Source of the DNA: a virus | Length of the DNA stretch: 64,000 bases | IMG/VR virus record: IMGVR_UViG_3300027804_000045 | Coordinates: 86,744 to 150,743 of that record | Reading direction: 5' to 3' (one strand) | Shown here: piece after piece, positions 1-10,282 of the stretch | Layout: each line of letters opens with the position of its first letter | Position numbering within the stretch: the stretch's first letter is position 1 | Position numbers and translations under genes: made by a program | Notes under the pieces: model-generated | Told to the model about the DNA's origin: nothing | What the model saw: only the letters and a program-made list of their open reading frames with translations | The model's database searches: none

Positions 1-649
1 ATACGTCTCCTGAAACTATCCCGCCAAAAGTTGTTCCTGTAAAAACTATAGGTCTATTGATGACAAAATCATTAGTGCTTAACACTGTTATAGAATTATT
101 TGTGTTGTCGGAAGCAAATGCTGATGTATCAACTTCCGGCAAGTTAACTTGAGACGTAGGCGGAGTCGGATAACCGCGAATAAGTCCAAATTCATTTATT
201 TCTAATCCTGGAGGCAATTGACCTTGCAATACACGTATCAATACTTCGTTCGTAGATATAGGATTAGAGTATTCGATAGGAAACTCAATCCATGTGCTAT
301 CTTCCGTAGTAAACAACAGTCCCTCAGGAGTTGTAAATAGTGGAGTTGCCTCTCCTGTTATTGTTATACTGAATGTTCTATCTTTAAATGCTGTGTTTGT
401 TCCATCACTAGCGGTTACACGAACAACAAATTCGCTACTTATGTCATTAGTAATGACTTGAGGAGTTCCAGAAATTTTACCGTCTTTTCGAAAAGAAAGT
501 CCTTCTGGCAAACTACCGCTTATTATTTCAAATTTAGTAATAGTATAGGGTAGTTCTGCTATCGCAGCAAGACGATAGACCATAGCAACTTCAGCAGGGT
601 ATACACCGATGATACCTGATGCTGTAACCCATGTGATTGGATTACTCAT
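1..649 (-). CDS. Virion structural protein with putative Ig-like (He_PIG-type) repeats, truncated at the window edge
   Basis: Not in the ORF track. ATG at 647-649 after GAGGA; translates MSNPITWVTASGIIGVYPAEV...SGSLPEGLSF..DGKISGTP...GQLPPGLEINEFGLIRGYP, which has two G-x-LP-x-GL...G-x-I-x-G-x-P units. Confidence 0.7.
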   Translation of the reverse strand, partial: MSNPITWVTASGIIGVYPAEVAMVYRLAAIAELPYTITKFEIISGSLPEGLSFRKDGKISGTPQVITNDISSEFVVRVTASDGTNTAFKDRTFSITITGEATPLFTTPEGLLFTTEDSTWIEFPIEYSNPISTNEVLIRVLQGQLPPGLEINEFGLIRGYPTPPTSQVNLPEVDTSAFASDNTNNSITVLSTNDFVINRPIVFTGTTFGGIVSGDV

Positions 650-658
650 TTTTTATCC

Positions 659-2710
659 TCAAGCATAAGTTGCGCCAACTGTATACCATTGCGTAGTAGT
701 TGGGGCAACATACTGAATTGTAGAACCTGCTGGTTGTGTGAATCCAGCATTAGTAGACAGTGTATTAATTATACCACCACTAGCAGGATATACTAATAAA
801 CTATTAGCACTTGTATTCGTTATAGTAATTACCATACCTGCAACTGCTGTAGGTAGTACTACACCTTGACCAGTTGACACTGTTGAGACAACATCTATTT
901 CTTTTGTAAGTGCTGTGGCTGTACCCTGTGTTGATCCTGCGGCACTTATACCGGTAGCCACGCTGCGTATATGATAAGATGTTACAGTTACATTTGCTCC
1001 GCTTATATTACCTGATGTAGTGAGTGAAGTCAACGTACCTACCGAAGTGATGTTTGGTTGTGCCGCTGTTGTTACCGTACCTGCTGTAGTTGCGCTTCCT
1101 ACAGTGCCTGTCACATTCGCGCCCGCAATATTTGTAAGGCCTGCACCATTGCCATAATATGCGCCTGTATTGACAATTACGTTACCGGTAACAGTTACAT
1201 TGCTGTTTGTCTTATTAAACGTAAAGTTAGCATTACCGTTGCCAACACCATTGTCATTAAATTGAACTTCAGTATTTGCACCGCCTATTGCACCAGCTGG
1301 GCCAGTCGCTCCTGTAGGTCCCACGATACCAGTAGAGCCTTGTACACCTGTTGCACCTGTAGGTCCTAGATCTCCTGTAGCACCTTGAATACCTGTCGCT
1401 CCTGTCAGACCTGTAGCACCGACTGGACCTTGAATGTTTCCTACGTCACTCCATACTCCGCCGGCTTTCACCCACAAGTCTCCAGTATCTTCAGCAATGA
1501 CACCATTGCCATCAACTGCGCTAGGGAATGCCGCGTTTAGAGTTGCTTGAGGAGTACCACCTACTGTAGGAACGCTTCCTATGATTGTTACACTAGTACC
1601 TGCTGGGCCAGTAGCGCCTGTAGGGCCTGCGACACCAGTCGCACCTGTCGGGCCAGTCGCACCTACTCCAGTAGCACCAGTTGGACCCGTTAAACCTGTA
1701 CTACCTGTTGGGCCTGTTATGCCAGTAGCACCAGTAGAACCTTGCGGTCCTGTAGCACCAGTCGCACCTGTTGGGCCACCGCTTGGGCCAGTAGAACCAG
1801 TAAGTCCCGTCGCCCCAGTAGCACCAATACCGGTCGCCCCGGTTTGGCCACCTGCTGATATAGCGGCATAACCTGTCACTGAACTTGTGAATGTCAATGT
1901 AAGCGTATTAGCCGTATTGAATGTGATTGTAGGATAGTCATATCTACCTACAAAACTATTACCAGTGCTATCAACTGGTTCAACGTTCACATATAAACTG
2001 TTGAGATTGTGAGTTACGTTCCACGTTGTCGATGACGAACTTTGTGTGTGGATGTATGCGCCGCCAGCTGCACCTGTAGCGCCTTGTGGACCAGTAGCGC
2101 CGGTTGCACCAGTTAAACCAGTAGCACCCATTGGTGTAAATATATTGACTGTCCAAGGCGTATAAGGACCAGTACCACTACCCTGTCCACCTGTCACATT
2201 TACAACTAATGCACCTGTCGCTATATTATATGACTGAACTACACCAGTCATATATTTGTCTGTCTCACCGTCAGCAATGAAAATAATATTTTGAAAGGCA
2301 ACGTAGGGTAAACCGGTATCTACTGTGCAAGAAATAGTCGACGGAATCTCTAGATTGATTGATGCTGTTGTGCTTGTTTGATAATCAAGCATAGGTCCAG
2401 TAGCACCCATGCCACCATAACTTATCGCGGCATATCCTGTTTGCGGTGACGCAAAAGTAATAGTAAGTGTATTAGAATTTAAAAAGCTTATAGTAGGATA
2501 AGTAAGAGGGCTTACATTTTGATTTGCACTATCAATTACTTCAACGTTAAGATATCGCTCTCCCAAATTATGATTTACAGTCCAAACTGATGCTGCCACT
2601 AATTGTTCGTGGGTGTAGGTACCACCTGTTGGGCCAGTAGCGCCTTGAACACCGGCTATAGCCGGTAACCATGTTGATGTCAAACTATCGTAATATTTTA
2701 ATACACCCAT
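659..2710 (-). CDS. Collagen-like (G-X-T) tail/head fibre protein
   Basis: Long GAT/GPT triplet tracts, two W-x-V-x-HNL domains, and a C-terminal domain shared with the neighbouring gene. Confidence 0.8.
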   Translation of the reverse strand: MGVLKYYDSLTSTWLPAIAGVQGATGPTGGTYTHEQLVAASVWTVNHNLGERYLNVEVIDSANQNVSPLTYPTISFLNSNTLTITFASPQTGYAAISYGGMGATGPMLDYQTSTTASINLEIPSTISCTVDTGLPYVAFQNIIFIADGETDKYMTGVVQSYNIATGALVVNVTGGQGSGTGPYTPWTVNIFTPMGATGLTGATGATGPQGATGAAGGAYIHTQSSSSTTWNVTHNLNSLYVNVEPVDSTGNSFVGRYDYPTITFNTANTLTLTFTSSVTGYAAISAGGQTGATGIGATGATGLTGSTGPSGGPTGATGATGPQGSTGATGITGPTGSTGLTGPTGATGVGATGPTGATGVAGPTGATGPAGTSVTIIGSVPTVGGTPQATLNAAFPSAVDGNGVIAEDTGDLWVKAGGVWSDVGNIQGPVGATGLTGATGIQGATGDLGPTGATGVQGSTGIVGPTGATGPAGAIGGANTEVQFNDNGVGNGNANFTFNKTNSNVTVTGNVIVNTGAYYGNGAGLTNIAGANVTGTVGSATTAGTVTTAAQPNITSVGTLTSLTTSGNISGANVTVTSYHIRSVATGISAAGSTQGTATALTKEIDVVSTVSTGQGVVLPTAVAGMVITITNTSANSLLVYPASGGIINTLSTNAGFTQPAGSTIQYVAPTTTQWYTVGATYA

Positions 2711-2738
2711 AATATTCTACTATTTATTGACCTATATG

Positions 2739-5135
2739 TTATGCGTAACTTGCTCCGACTGTATACCACTGTGTCGCGCTTACAGCAAAGTACTGTAAAC
2801 TTGCACCGGCTACATGAGTATAAGCTGTGTTGGTCGACAACGTATTAATCGTTGCGCCTGTTGCTGGATATACGTTTAAACTTGTCGCGCTTGTATTATT
2901 AACTATGATTACCATACCTGCAATTGCTGTAGGTAATACAATACCTTGCCCTGCACTTACTGTGCTTACAATGTTTATATCTTTTGTTATTGCTGTCGCT
3001 GTGCCTTGTGTTGATCCGGCAGCACTAATACCAGTCGCTACACTTCTTAAGTAATTACCACTTAAAGATATATTTTCTGTCGTCAGAGTATTAGTATCTG
3101 TGCGATATGTTAGATCAACATCTCCACGCAAAATCTGATTAGTTGTTCTGTTCTCAACAAATGTAGGATAATATGTTGTTGTTAACCCATTTGTATTTGT
3201 TATATCGATAGTAGTAGCATTAGACAATGCAGGACCAGTAGCACCTGTTGCTCCTTGCGGACCTGTTGGGCCTCCTGCAGGACCAGCTGGGCCAGTCGCA
3301 CCTGTCGCACCTATACCCTCAATACCTGGCGTGCTAGTATCATACCATAATACAGTTGTATCTACGGGTTGAGTAGGTCCTTCAACTAAACCTGCTACAC
3401 CAGTAGCGCCAGTCGCTCCTGTGCTACCAGGTATACCTGCCGCTCCAGCTAGATTTACCTGCCAACTACTGTACACATTACCTAATGTGCCTACTACACT
3501 AGATACGCTAACTATCATCACTCCTGTTGCACTGTTATATGCGGCAACAGTAGCAAACATACGTTGCGCTAAACTATGCGCAATAGAAATTTCTTGACCG
3601 GTAGCGTATGCTAAACCTATACCTACTGTCAATGTTGCTGGTCCGGTAGCGATAGTAAGTGATGTATTACTTGTTGTGAAATATCTATCGCCAGTAGCAC
3701 CAGGAACACCTGTCGCTCCAGAAACACCAGTAGCACCAGTAGCACCGAGACCTGTAGCGCCTTGTGGACCAGTAGCGCCGGTAGCGCCTATACCTGTAGC
3801 GCCTTGTGGACCAGTAGCGCCGGTAGCGCCTATGCCACCTATACCCCAAGTTAGATTTCCGGTGCCGTCTGTGGTTAATACTTGTCCTGATGCGCCACCA
3901 AATATTTGAACTTTATTAGCATAACCTAAGTTTGCTATGCCACCAGTCACATGTAAATTAGGTGTTGTTAGTTCAACATTTAAATAAATTTCATCTATAT
4001 ATCCAACATGACCATTTGCGAGAATATCTGTATCAAACGTTGTTTGTAATTGTCCAAATTGTACTACATTTGGTTGTGCGTTTACTGAAATAGTAACGTT
4101 ACTATTGGGGTATACGCGAATATTTGATGAACCGTTTTCAATTTCGGTAATATTACCGATAGATAGATTTGATAATCCGCCACCGTCGCCAACAAAATAT
4201 GTTGCGTTAACATTACCGATCACATTTAAATTACTATTAGCAGCATTAAAAATTAAATTAGGACTTGCTGCAAAATTATTGCTACCATCATTATATTGAA
4301 TTTGACCTGCGCCGCCAGCTGGATATTGTAAATCCCAAGGTAGGCCATTTGCATATAATAAGTTATCAGTGCGTACATTGCCTGCGCTGACTGATGATGC
4401 ATTGACAAAATTTGCTTGAGCAAGATTGCCTAAATTTGCGTTACCGGATATTATGTTTCCTGCTGTTAATAATCCAGTGACATTTGCTGTAGCAATATTG
4501 GCTGTATTCGTAACAGTTAAATTTGAAGTGCTTACAACATTTGAAGCATTAATATTTGCCGCGTTAACAGTATTAGAAATATTAGCAATATTAGCTGTGA
4601 TAACATTACCCACAGCAAGATTAGCGTTGCTAGTTATGTTATTTGCTAATATGTTACCTGTAACGTTAAGAGTAGTTAGGTTTCCTACATTACCGAAAAA
4701 GTTTGTTGCTGTGATGTTGTTTGTCGCTACAACATTGCCGTTAGCGATTGTGACATTAGGATTGCCCGGACTTATATTGCCTATAATCAGTGATTCGTTG
4801 ATAACTGTATTGTCAAGCAAATCAATCCATAGATTTGACAACCCTGAATCGATAATGATTTGATCTAATTCAGATCCTGGAGTTAATCCTACGCCTAAAC
4901 TTTGTGTTTTTACTTTTAGTTGATAAAAGTCGTTACTGATGATAACATTACCAAAAGTGGGATTTACGGTTAAGCCCTTCTCTTTTTTGGCACGATTGAT
5001 GGATAAGACGCCGCTAGATGTCTGTAATTGATATAATTCATTAAAGTTTTCTTGTGCTTTTTGAAACCCAGTGCGTATCGCATCTGCATCTGGATCATCG
5101 GGAAAACTACCGAAATCTATATTCTGCTGTGCCAT
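2739..5135 (-). CDS. Collagen-like fibre protein with a baseplate-anchor-like N-terminus
   Basis: N-terminal QNIDFGSFPDDPDADAIRTGFQK resembles T4 gp9/gp10-like anchors; Asn-rich beta repeats; G-X-T tracts. Confidence 0.75.
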   Translation of the reverse strand: MAQQNIDFGSFPDDPDADAIRTGFQKAQENFNELYQLQTSSGVLSINRAKKEKGLTVNPTFGNVIISNDFYQLKVKTQSLGVGLTPGSELDQIIIDSGLSNLWIDLLDNTVINESLIIGNISPGNPNVTIANGNVVATNNITATNFFGNVGNLTTLNVTGNILANNITSNANLAVGNVITANIANISNTVNAANINASNVVSTSNLTVTNTANIATANVTGLLTAGNIISGNANLGNLAQANFVNASSVSAGNVRTDNLLYANGLPWDLQYPAGGAGQIQYNDGSNNFAASPNLIFNAANSNLNVIGNVNATYFVGDGGGLSNLSIGNITEIENGSSNIRVYPNSNVTISVNAQPNVVQFGQLQTTFDTDILANGHVGYIDEIYLNVELTTPNLHVTGGIANLGYANKVQIFGGASGQVLTTDGTGNLTWGIGGIGATGATGPQGATGIGATGATGPQGATGLGATGATGVSGATGVPGATGDRYFTTSNTSLTIATGPATLTVGIGLAYATGQEISIAHSLAQRMFATVAAYNSATGVMIVSVSSVVGTLGNVYSSWQVNLAGAAGIPGSTGATGATGVAGLVEGPTQPVDTTVLWYDTSTPGIEGIGATGATGPAGPAGGPTGPQGATGATGPALSNATTIDITNTNGLTTTYYPTFVENRTTNQILRGDVDLTYRTDTNTLTTENISLSGNYLRSVATGISAAGSTQGTATAITKDINIVSTVSAGQGIVLPTAIAGMVIIVNNTSATSLNVYPATGATINTLSTNTAYTHVAGASLQYFAVSATQWYTVGASYA
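3750..3833. repeat. Exact 42-bp tandem duplication inside the collagen tract
   Basis: ACCTGTAGCGCCTTGTGGACCAGTAGCGCCGGTAGCGCCTAT x2; 33 bp of it recurs at 2072-2104. Confidence 0.9.
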
Positions 5136-5189
5136 CTATCCAGTATCCTTTAATATAGTATTTATCGTTTTTATAGCAAAGCAATTGCC

Positions 5190-5222
5190 AAAAAAATACC
5201 CGGTGATTAGCCGGGTATTTTT
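5190..5222 (-). terminator. Intrinsic terminator
   Basis: ATACCCGG-7 nt-CCGGGTAT flanked by A/T runs, downstream of the 1676-aa gene. Confidence 0.85.
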
Positions 5223-5240
5223 AACTATATTAACGACAAA

Positions 5241-8200
5241 TTACTTTGCTAGACCTGCTAGTTTCTTCCAGGCTTTAACATCTTCGTCGCCTTCTCTTGC
5301 TTCTTGACCAGCAATAACAGGTATTGTAGTTTGACCTGTTGATTTAGGCTTGTTCAATCCACCGCTGATAGTCTGAGTCATAAAATCAGTATCGCGTGTG
5401 AATGCTGCATCTGTGCCTTTTTGACCTGCATCATTTGCCCATTCATCAAGTTTTGTCTGTTGCATGACACTCTTTAATAATTCATCACTATCGCCTTCCA
5501 TTCCAGGCATACCCTTTAACATTGCGTCAAGTTGTGCCTTTAAACTATCCATATCAGTAGTATTTAGGGCGTCCTTTTCACTTGGTTCACCAACTCTTTT
5601 TCCAGTAACTTTTACTGGTTGCAACATATCATCAGTTGGTGGAATAGTTCTTGTAGCATCTTTATCCCCTGTTGGGACTCTACGACCAGTGACCTTAACT
5701 GGTTGCAAATCATCAATGCTAGGTTTTTTTAATCCTCTACTCTTTAACCATGCTGCTAATTCATCATATGTATTTGCACCTGATAGATTTAACAAATCAC
5801 CTAGTTGTCTGTCTCCTGGCAATTCTTGATCTTTAGGTGTTGCTCTCTTTGATGTTACATCTACAGGAGGTAGAACATACTTATCAAAGTCTGCCATATT
5901 CACTTTTGATCCACCAGGAAGTGTGATGTATTTTTCATCTTCCTGGCCCATGTTACCTATTCCGTATCTTCGTAATGTTCCGCCTAGATTTTTTGAAATG
6001 GCTGCAAACTTGTCCTGCATATTTTTGAATATATCATCAAAATTTGTCTGCATATTTGACATAGCAGGAGTGTTGCCTGCCATGTTTGGCATTGATGGCA
6101 TTGTTGGCATCTTGAAATTCTTCATAGCATTATCATATTCTGCTTTTGAAGCTGGTTTGCCATCTACTTCATATGATGAAGTATTGCTTGATTGATTTTT
6201 TACATCAAATTCTGGCATGCCATCAGCACCTTTGCCTAGATTTTCTGCACCAGGTAATGAAACTACTTCGGCTTCAGGACTATCAGGCTTGTCAATGTTA
6301 TCTAATTTTGACATGATGTCTTTCATAGAACTATTGACATCACCCGCATCTTCATTAGTTGCACCACCTTTTGATGCACCACTCAATGCTAATGCGCTGT
6401 CAATCTTGCCTGCATCAGCTTGGCTTTGTTCGTAACCTTCACCATCATCTTCAGCGACCATGAATTCGCGCTGATCTAATGTTTCGGTTTCACCTACTTC
6501 TTCTTTGTCTTTTTTGAATGCGCTTGCTGCACGTTTTGCTAGCATAGCAGTTTTAACAGGATTTGCTAATGCAGCACGACCTGCAAGACCTGCTAATCTA
6601 CCTAATGCTGCTAATGCTGGTGCAGCTTCATCAAGTTGATCTGACTTTATTTGCGCTTCAATTGTAGTTTCTAAAACTTCTTCAGTTTTTTTTTCACAAC
6701 CGCATGAACTTTCCATCATACCGCATTCATTGCAAGTATGCTCTTCTTCATGTCCATGATCATGTCCGTGACCATGATCATCGTGCGATTCTAAACCAGT
6801 TAATTTTGATAATAAGTCATCCATGCTTGGCATGTCATGACCATTAAATTTAGGTGCGCCATAATCACTTGCTGTTGCAATAACTGTTGGTTCAGCAGGT
6901 GTCAATACTGATTCTTTATCACCGAAACCACCTAAACCTACTTGCTTGATAAATGCTAATAGTTTTTCACTATCGCCATCTGTAGCTGTAACGCTTACGC
7001 TGTTTGGGCTACCTTCTTGACCAGTTGACATTGATACTGAAAGACCTTCATTAACGACTTTGCTTTCTGTTAATAGTGCATTAAGTTGATTTTCTAAATC
7101 TTCAAATGCGTATGTTTCTGAAACATCTTTATCTTTGAATGTTTGACCAAATGCTTTAAATGTGTCACCTGGTGTAGTTTTTGCTTTGTGCTTCAACCAA
7201 TCACCTTTGTCCATTTCATCTAAATCATCTTCTTGCATTTGTTGTGCTGCTTGCTGACCGATATTGCTTAAGTTTGCACGGCTTTGCATTACAGCGCCCA
7301 TGTTTGATGAGCCATCTTGTTTAGTTGCAGCAACGCCACCTACATTCATTTGTGGTTGTTGCGGCATAGCAGTAGCAACTGGCTTCACAGGTACATTTGC
7401 TTGCGGAGCAGGATTAGTTGCTGAAGTATTTACCTGTTGTGCTTGTGGCTTTTGAACTGGTACTGCTGCCATTTGATTTGTATTTTCATCGACAGCGCCA
7501 AAACTTGCCATGTCGTCTACGACATCTTGTGATGTTTCTTCATCAACATAACCACGACCTGGAACAAGTCCATAGCATTCTTCTAGGCCACACTTGTAAC
7601 CTTCAAAGTAATGCTTTGCTTCTTCCATATCTTCGTAGTGTTTTACGCGGCATGGTTGCTCACGTAGACCGTGTACATAGCCTTCGCTATATGCTGCTTT
7701 TAATAGATTGCTCATAGATTCATTTACCTTCTTTTTCTTTTTGTCAGCTGCTGCCTTCTTCATTGATTCTTTTTTATTACCGTCATTGTCAAGATCAATG
7801 AAATCTGGCTTTGCCTCCAATACGTTATCGCTGCGACCAGCGCCTAGTCCTGCACCATAATCTGGGCCTGACTTTGGAATTTCTGCTTCTTTTACTTTCT
7901 TGGGCAGTTTACTTACTTTCTGACCATGACTCTTTTTAATAAATTCTTTTGCTACATCTTGACTTACGCCTGTTTTCTTGGCAACACTCTTGTCACCTGC
8001 TACGGCGTGCATCAATTTTGCTTGTTGTTGACTTGCGAATTTCTCGTCAACCTTTTCTTCTTTCATTGCTGCACCTTCACCTTTCTTCCAGCCACCTTTC
8101 GCTCTTAAAGCAAAATTGATTTGACGCATTTTCTTTGCTTGTGGACTATTTTCATCGTGCGGTCCAGACTTCTTTAGTTTAGCAAGCATGGATTTCAATT

Positions 8201-10271
8201 CTTCAACAGACTTGTCTTTGTACTCGCCTGTCGGTTTTACAACATCAGCAGGTTTATCTTTTTTGAAAGCATTATATATGACTCCGCCTCCTCGCTTGTC
8301 CATTTGAACCTTTAGTTTTTCAGCTTCATCTAGCATTTCTTCTGCAGGTTCTTTTTCTGGAGCATTGTCTTTACCGCGTTTTTTACCCATATAGTATCCC
8401 TGATCGTCTTTTCCGATGTTGAAAAGTTTTCTAAATAAACTCTTTCCATCACCCTTAACGTCAGGTTCTTTTTCTTTTGGTCCTAATTGTGCTCCTAATC
8501 TTGTATTAAGATCACCTACTGCGCCTGCATTTTGACTTGCTATTTGTGACCATCTTTCTGGGTTATCTTTATAAGTTACTGTTTCAATTTCCCCACTAGG
8601 ATTTCTTACCTTGAATGCATAATCAAGAGGCACATTAGCATCTATTTGATTTCTTCCAACCATGCTGTCATATTTTTCTTTTGATACAGGTCTAGTTCTA
8701 CCAGTATTTGGATCTCTGATTTGATAACTTGTTTTTACATCTGCCTTTGCAGGTTCTTCTGCTGGCTCTGATGGTTGTTCAACATCACCTGCTGCGTCTA
8801 CTGGCTCTTGATTTACAGTATCAACATCTTTTTGTAATTGATCTAATGTATCGTCTTTAGGTGCTGCTGGTTGAGCAGGAGCCTGTGTGCTACCGGTTTT
8901 TAAATAATTGTTTAATTCATCATATGTATTAGCACCGGCAAGATTTAATAGGCGGCCTAATTCTGCATCGCCTGGTTTATCTTGATCTTTAGGTTGTGTT
9001 CTCTTGCCTGTTACTGTTACTGGTTCTAATTCGTCTGCTGCATCTGATGGTTGTTCTGGTTTCTCATCAGCTTTAGCATCTGCCGGCTTCTCATCAGCTT
9101 TAGCATCTGCTGGCTTCTCATCGGCTTTAGCATCTGCTGGCTTTTGATCATCTGCAGGTGCGGTGCTATCTCCTGCTTTTTGCGCTCTTAACTTGTTTAA
9201 TAAATCTATATTACCTTGATAATCTCTTGGTCTATTTTTATAGGCTTCAGGATCTAATCTACGAATCTCTGCTCCTACTTTACCATAGCGTTCTTCATCA
9301 CTCATTCCTGCCAATTGTTGAATTCTATCAATTTCATCAGGTTTTTCGGCTGATGGGGGAGGAGTTGCGCTAACATCCGCTACAGATGAGATAGTAAGAT
9401 AGTTTGGTGCTTTTGGTGCATCTGGTGCTACAGGAGCGACTGGCTGTGCAGATGCCGCAGGAGCCACTGGCTGTGCTGGAGCAGCAGGAGCTACCGCTGC
9501 TGGTTTATTGTCTGCTGCGGTTGCTGGTTTATTATCTGCAGCAGGTTTATCGTCACCCGCTAATGCAGCCATGCCTGCTGCGCCGGCGCCTGCTCCTATT
9601 GCAGGACCGCCTCTTGATGTTGCTGCACCTGCTTTTGATGCTAATGATTGATTTGGTAAATTAATTGCACTTTGAGGATTTTTAAATCCGCTAGCAAAAT
9701 TCTTAAACGGTTTACTGAAATCGTCGCCGTATTTTGCACCTAATTTTAATATATCGTCGATGCCTTCTTCTATGCTATCTTCAGCAACTTGCTTGCCTGA
9801 TGTTTGCACTGATGCTCTTTTAGCAGCAGCTAGTGCTGCTTGTTGTTGCTGTTGTTGAATTCTATTTGGTGGAAGTATGATGCTCAAACCTCTTGCACCT
9901 AATCTACGTAGCATATCATTGACAGCTACCCCTGCTTGTCCAGGAACATTCACGTTTAAAAATCCTGCTTGTCCTGGTACTGGTTTATTATCTGGACCAA
10001 CTACAGGAATAGGAAACTGACCTTCGTTTAATATTTCTTGTTCAGTTTCTTCAAAATATTCTTTTAATGATTTCTTTTTCTTATCATCATATCTGATATC
10101 AGCAGCAACTTTCTTGCCTGCTTTTTCGGCGCGTTCATCGTCACTACCCTTATGATCTTCATCATATTCAATATCCTTAGTGACTTCTTCGCCTGCCTTT
10201 TTGGCCTTGTCATCTTTTTCGGCTGTTGATTCAGCCTCATTTACTATTTGTAGAAATTTCTTAAATTCCAT
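5241..10271 (-). CDS. Large low-complexity protein, probable internal head protein processed by the prohead protease; contains TonB-box-like motifs
   Basis: 1676 aa; more than 20 [ILVM]-x-E motifs; DxDxDG motif; His/Cys-rich tract; internal repeats; lies in a late operon. Confidence 0.6.
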   Translation of the reverse strand: MEFKKFLQIVNEAESTAEKDDKAKKAGEEVTKDIEYDEDHKGSDDERAEKAGKKVAADIRYDDKKKKSLKEYFEETEQEILNEGQFPIPVVGPDNKPVPGQAGFLNVNVPGQAGVAVNDMLRRLGARGLSIILPPNRIQQQQQQAALAAAKRASVQTSGKQVAEDSIEEGIDDILKLGAKYGDDFSKPFKNFASGFKNPQSAINLPNQSLASKAGAATSRGGPAIGAGAGAAGMAALAGDDKPAADNKPATAADNKPAAVAPAAPAQPVAPAASAQPVAPVAPDAPKAPNYLTISSVADVSATPPPSAEKPDEIDRIQQLAGMSDEERYGKVGAEIRRLDPEAYKNRPRDYQGNIDLLNKLRAQKAGDSTAPADDQKPADAKADEKPADAKADEKPADAKADEKPEQPSDAADELEPVTVTGKRTQPKDQDKPGDAELGRLLNLAGANTYDELNNYLKTGSTQAPAQPAAPKDDTLDQLQKDVDTVNQEPVDAAGDVEQPSEPAEEPAKADVKTSYQIRDPNTGRTRPVSKEKYDSMVGRNQIDANVPLDYAFKVRNPSGEIETVTYKDNPERWSQIASQNAGAVGDLNTRLGAQLGPKEKEPDVKGDGKSLFRKLFNIGKDDQGYYMGKKRGKDNAPEKEPAEEMLDEAEKLKVQMDKRGGGVIYNAFKKDKPADVVKPTGEYKDKSVEELKSMLAKLKKSGPHDENSPQAKKMRQINFALRAKGGWKKGEGAAMKEEKVDEKFASQQQAKLMHAVAGDKSVAKKTGVSQDVAKEFIKKSHGQKVSKLPKKVKEAEIPKSGPDYGAGLGAGRSDNVLEAKPDFIDLDNDGNKKESMKKAAADKKKKKVNESMSNLLKAAYSEGYVHGLREQPCRVKHYEDMEEAKHYFEGYKCGLEECYGLVPGRGYVDEETSQDVVDDMASFGAVDENTNQMAAVPVQKPQAQQVNTSATNPAPQANVPVKPVATAMPQQPQMNVGGVAATKQDGSSNMGAVMQSRANLSNIGQQAAQQMQEDDLDEMDKGDWLKHKAKTTPGDTFKAFGQTFKDKDVSETYAFEDLENQLNALLTESKVVNEGLSVSMSTGQEGSPNSVSVTATDGDSEKLLAFIKQVGLGGFGDKESVLTPAEPTVIATASDYGAPKFNGHDMPSMDDLLSKLTGLESHDDHGHGHDHGHEEEHTCNECGMMESSCGCEKKTEEVLETTIEAQIKSDQLDEAAPALAALGRLAGLAGRAALANPVKTAMLAKRAASAFKKDKEEVGETETLDQREFMVAEDDGEGYEQSQADAGKIDSALALSGASKGGATNEDAGDVNSSMKDIMSKLDNIDKPDSPEAEVVSLPGAENLGKGADGMPEFDVKNQSSNTSSYEVDGKPASKAEYDNAMKNFKMPTMPSMPNMAGNTPAMSNMQTNFDDIFKNMQDKFAAISKNLGGTLRRYGIGNMGQEDEKYITLPGGSKVNMADFDKYVLPPVDVTSKRATPKDQELPGDRQLGDLLNLSGANTYDELAAWLKSRGLKKPSIDDLQPVKVTGRRVPTGDKDATRTIPPTDDMLQPVKVTGKRVGEPSEKDALNTTDMDSLKAQLDAMLKGMPGMEGDSDELLKSVMQQTKLDEWANDAGQKGTDAAFTRDTDFMTQTISGGLNKPKSTGQTTIPVIAGQEAREGDEDVKAWKKLAGLAK
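9061..9145. repeat. 27-bp tandem repeat (KPADAKADE x3)
   Basis: Three near-identical ttctcatcRgctttagcatctgcYggc units. Confidence 0.85.
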
Positions 10272-10282
10272 GATAAAACCTC

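Noticed and set aside
659-3055. Diversity-generating retroelement TR/VR pair in the duplicated fibre C-termini
   Set aside because: Differences are spread over all bases with many synonymous changes, not adenine-specific; no reverse transcriptase in the window
1300-3840. Short repeats as a CRISPR or non-coding array
   Set aside because: They are in-frame collagen G-X-T codons
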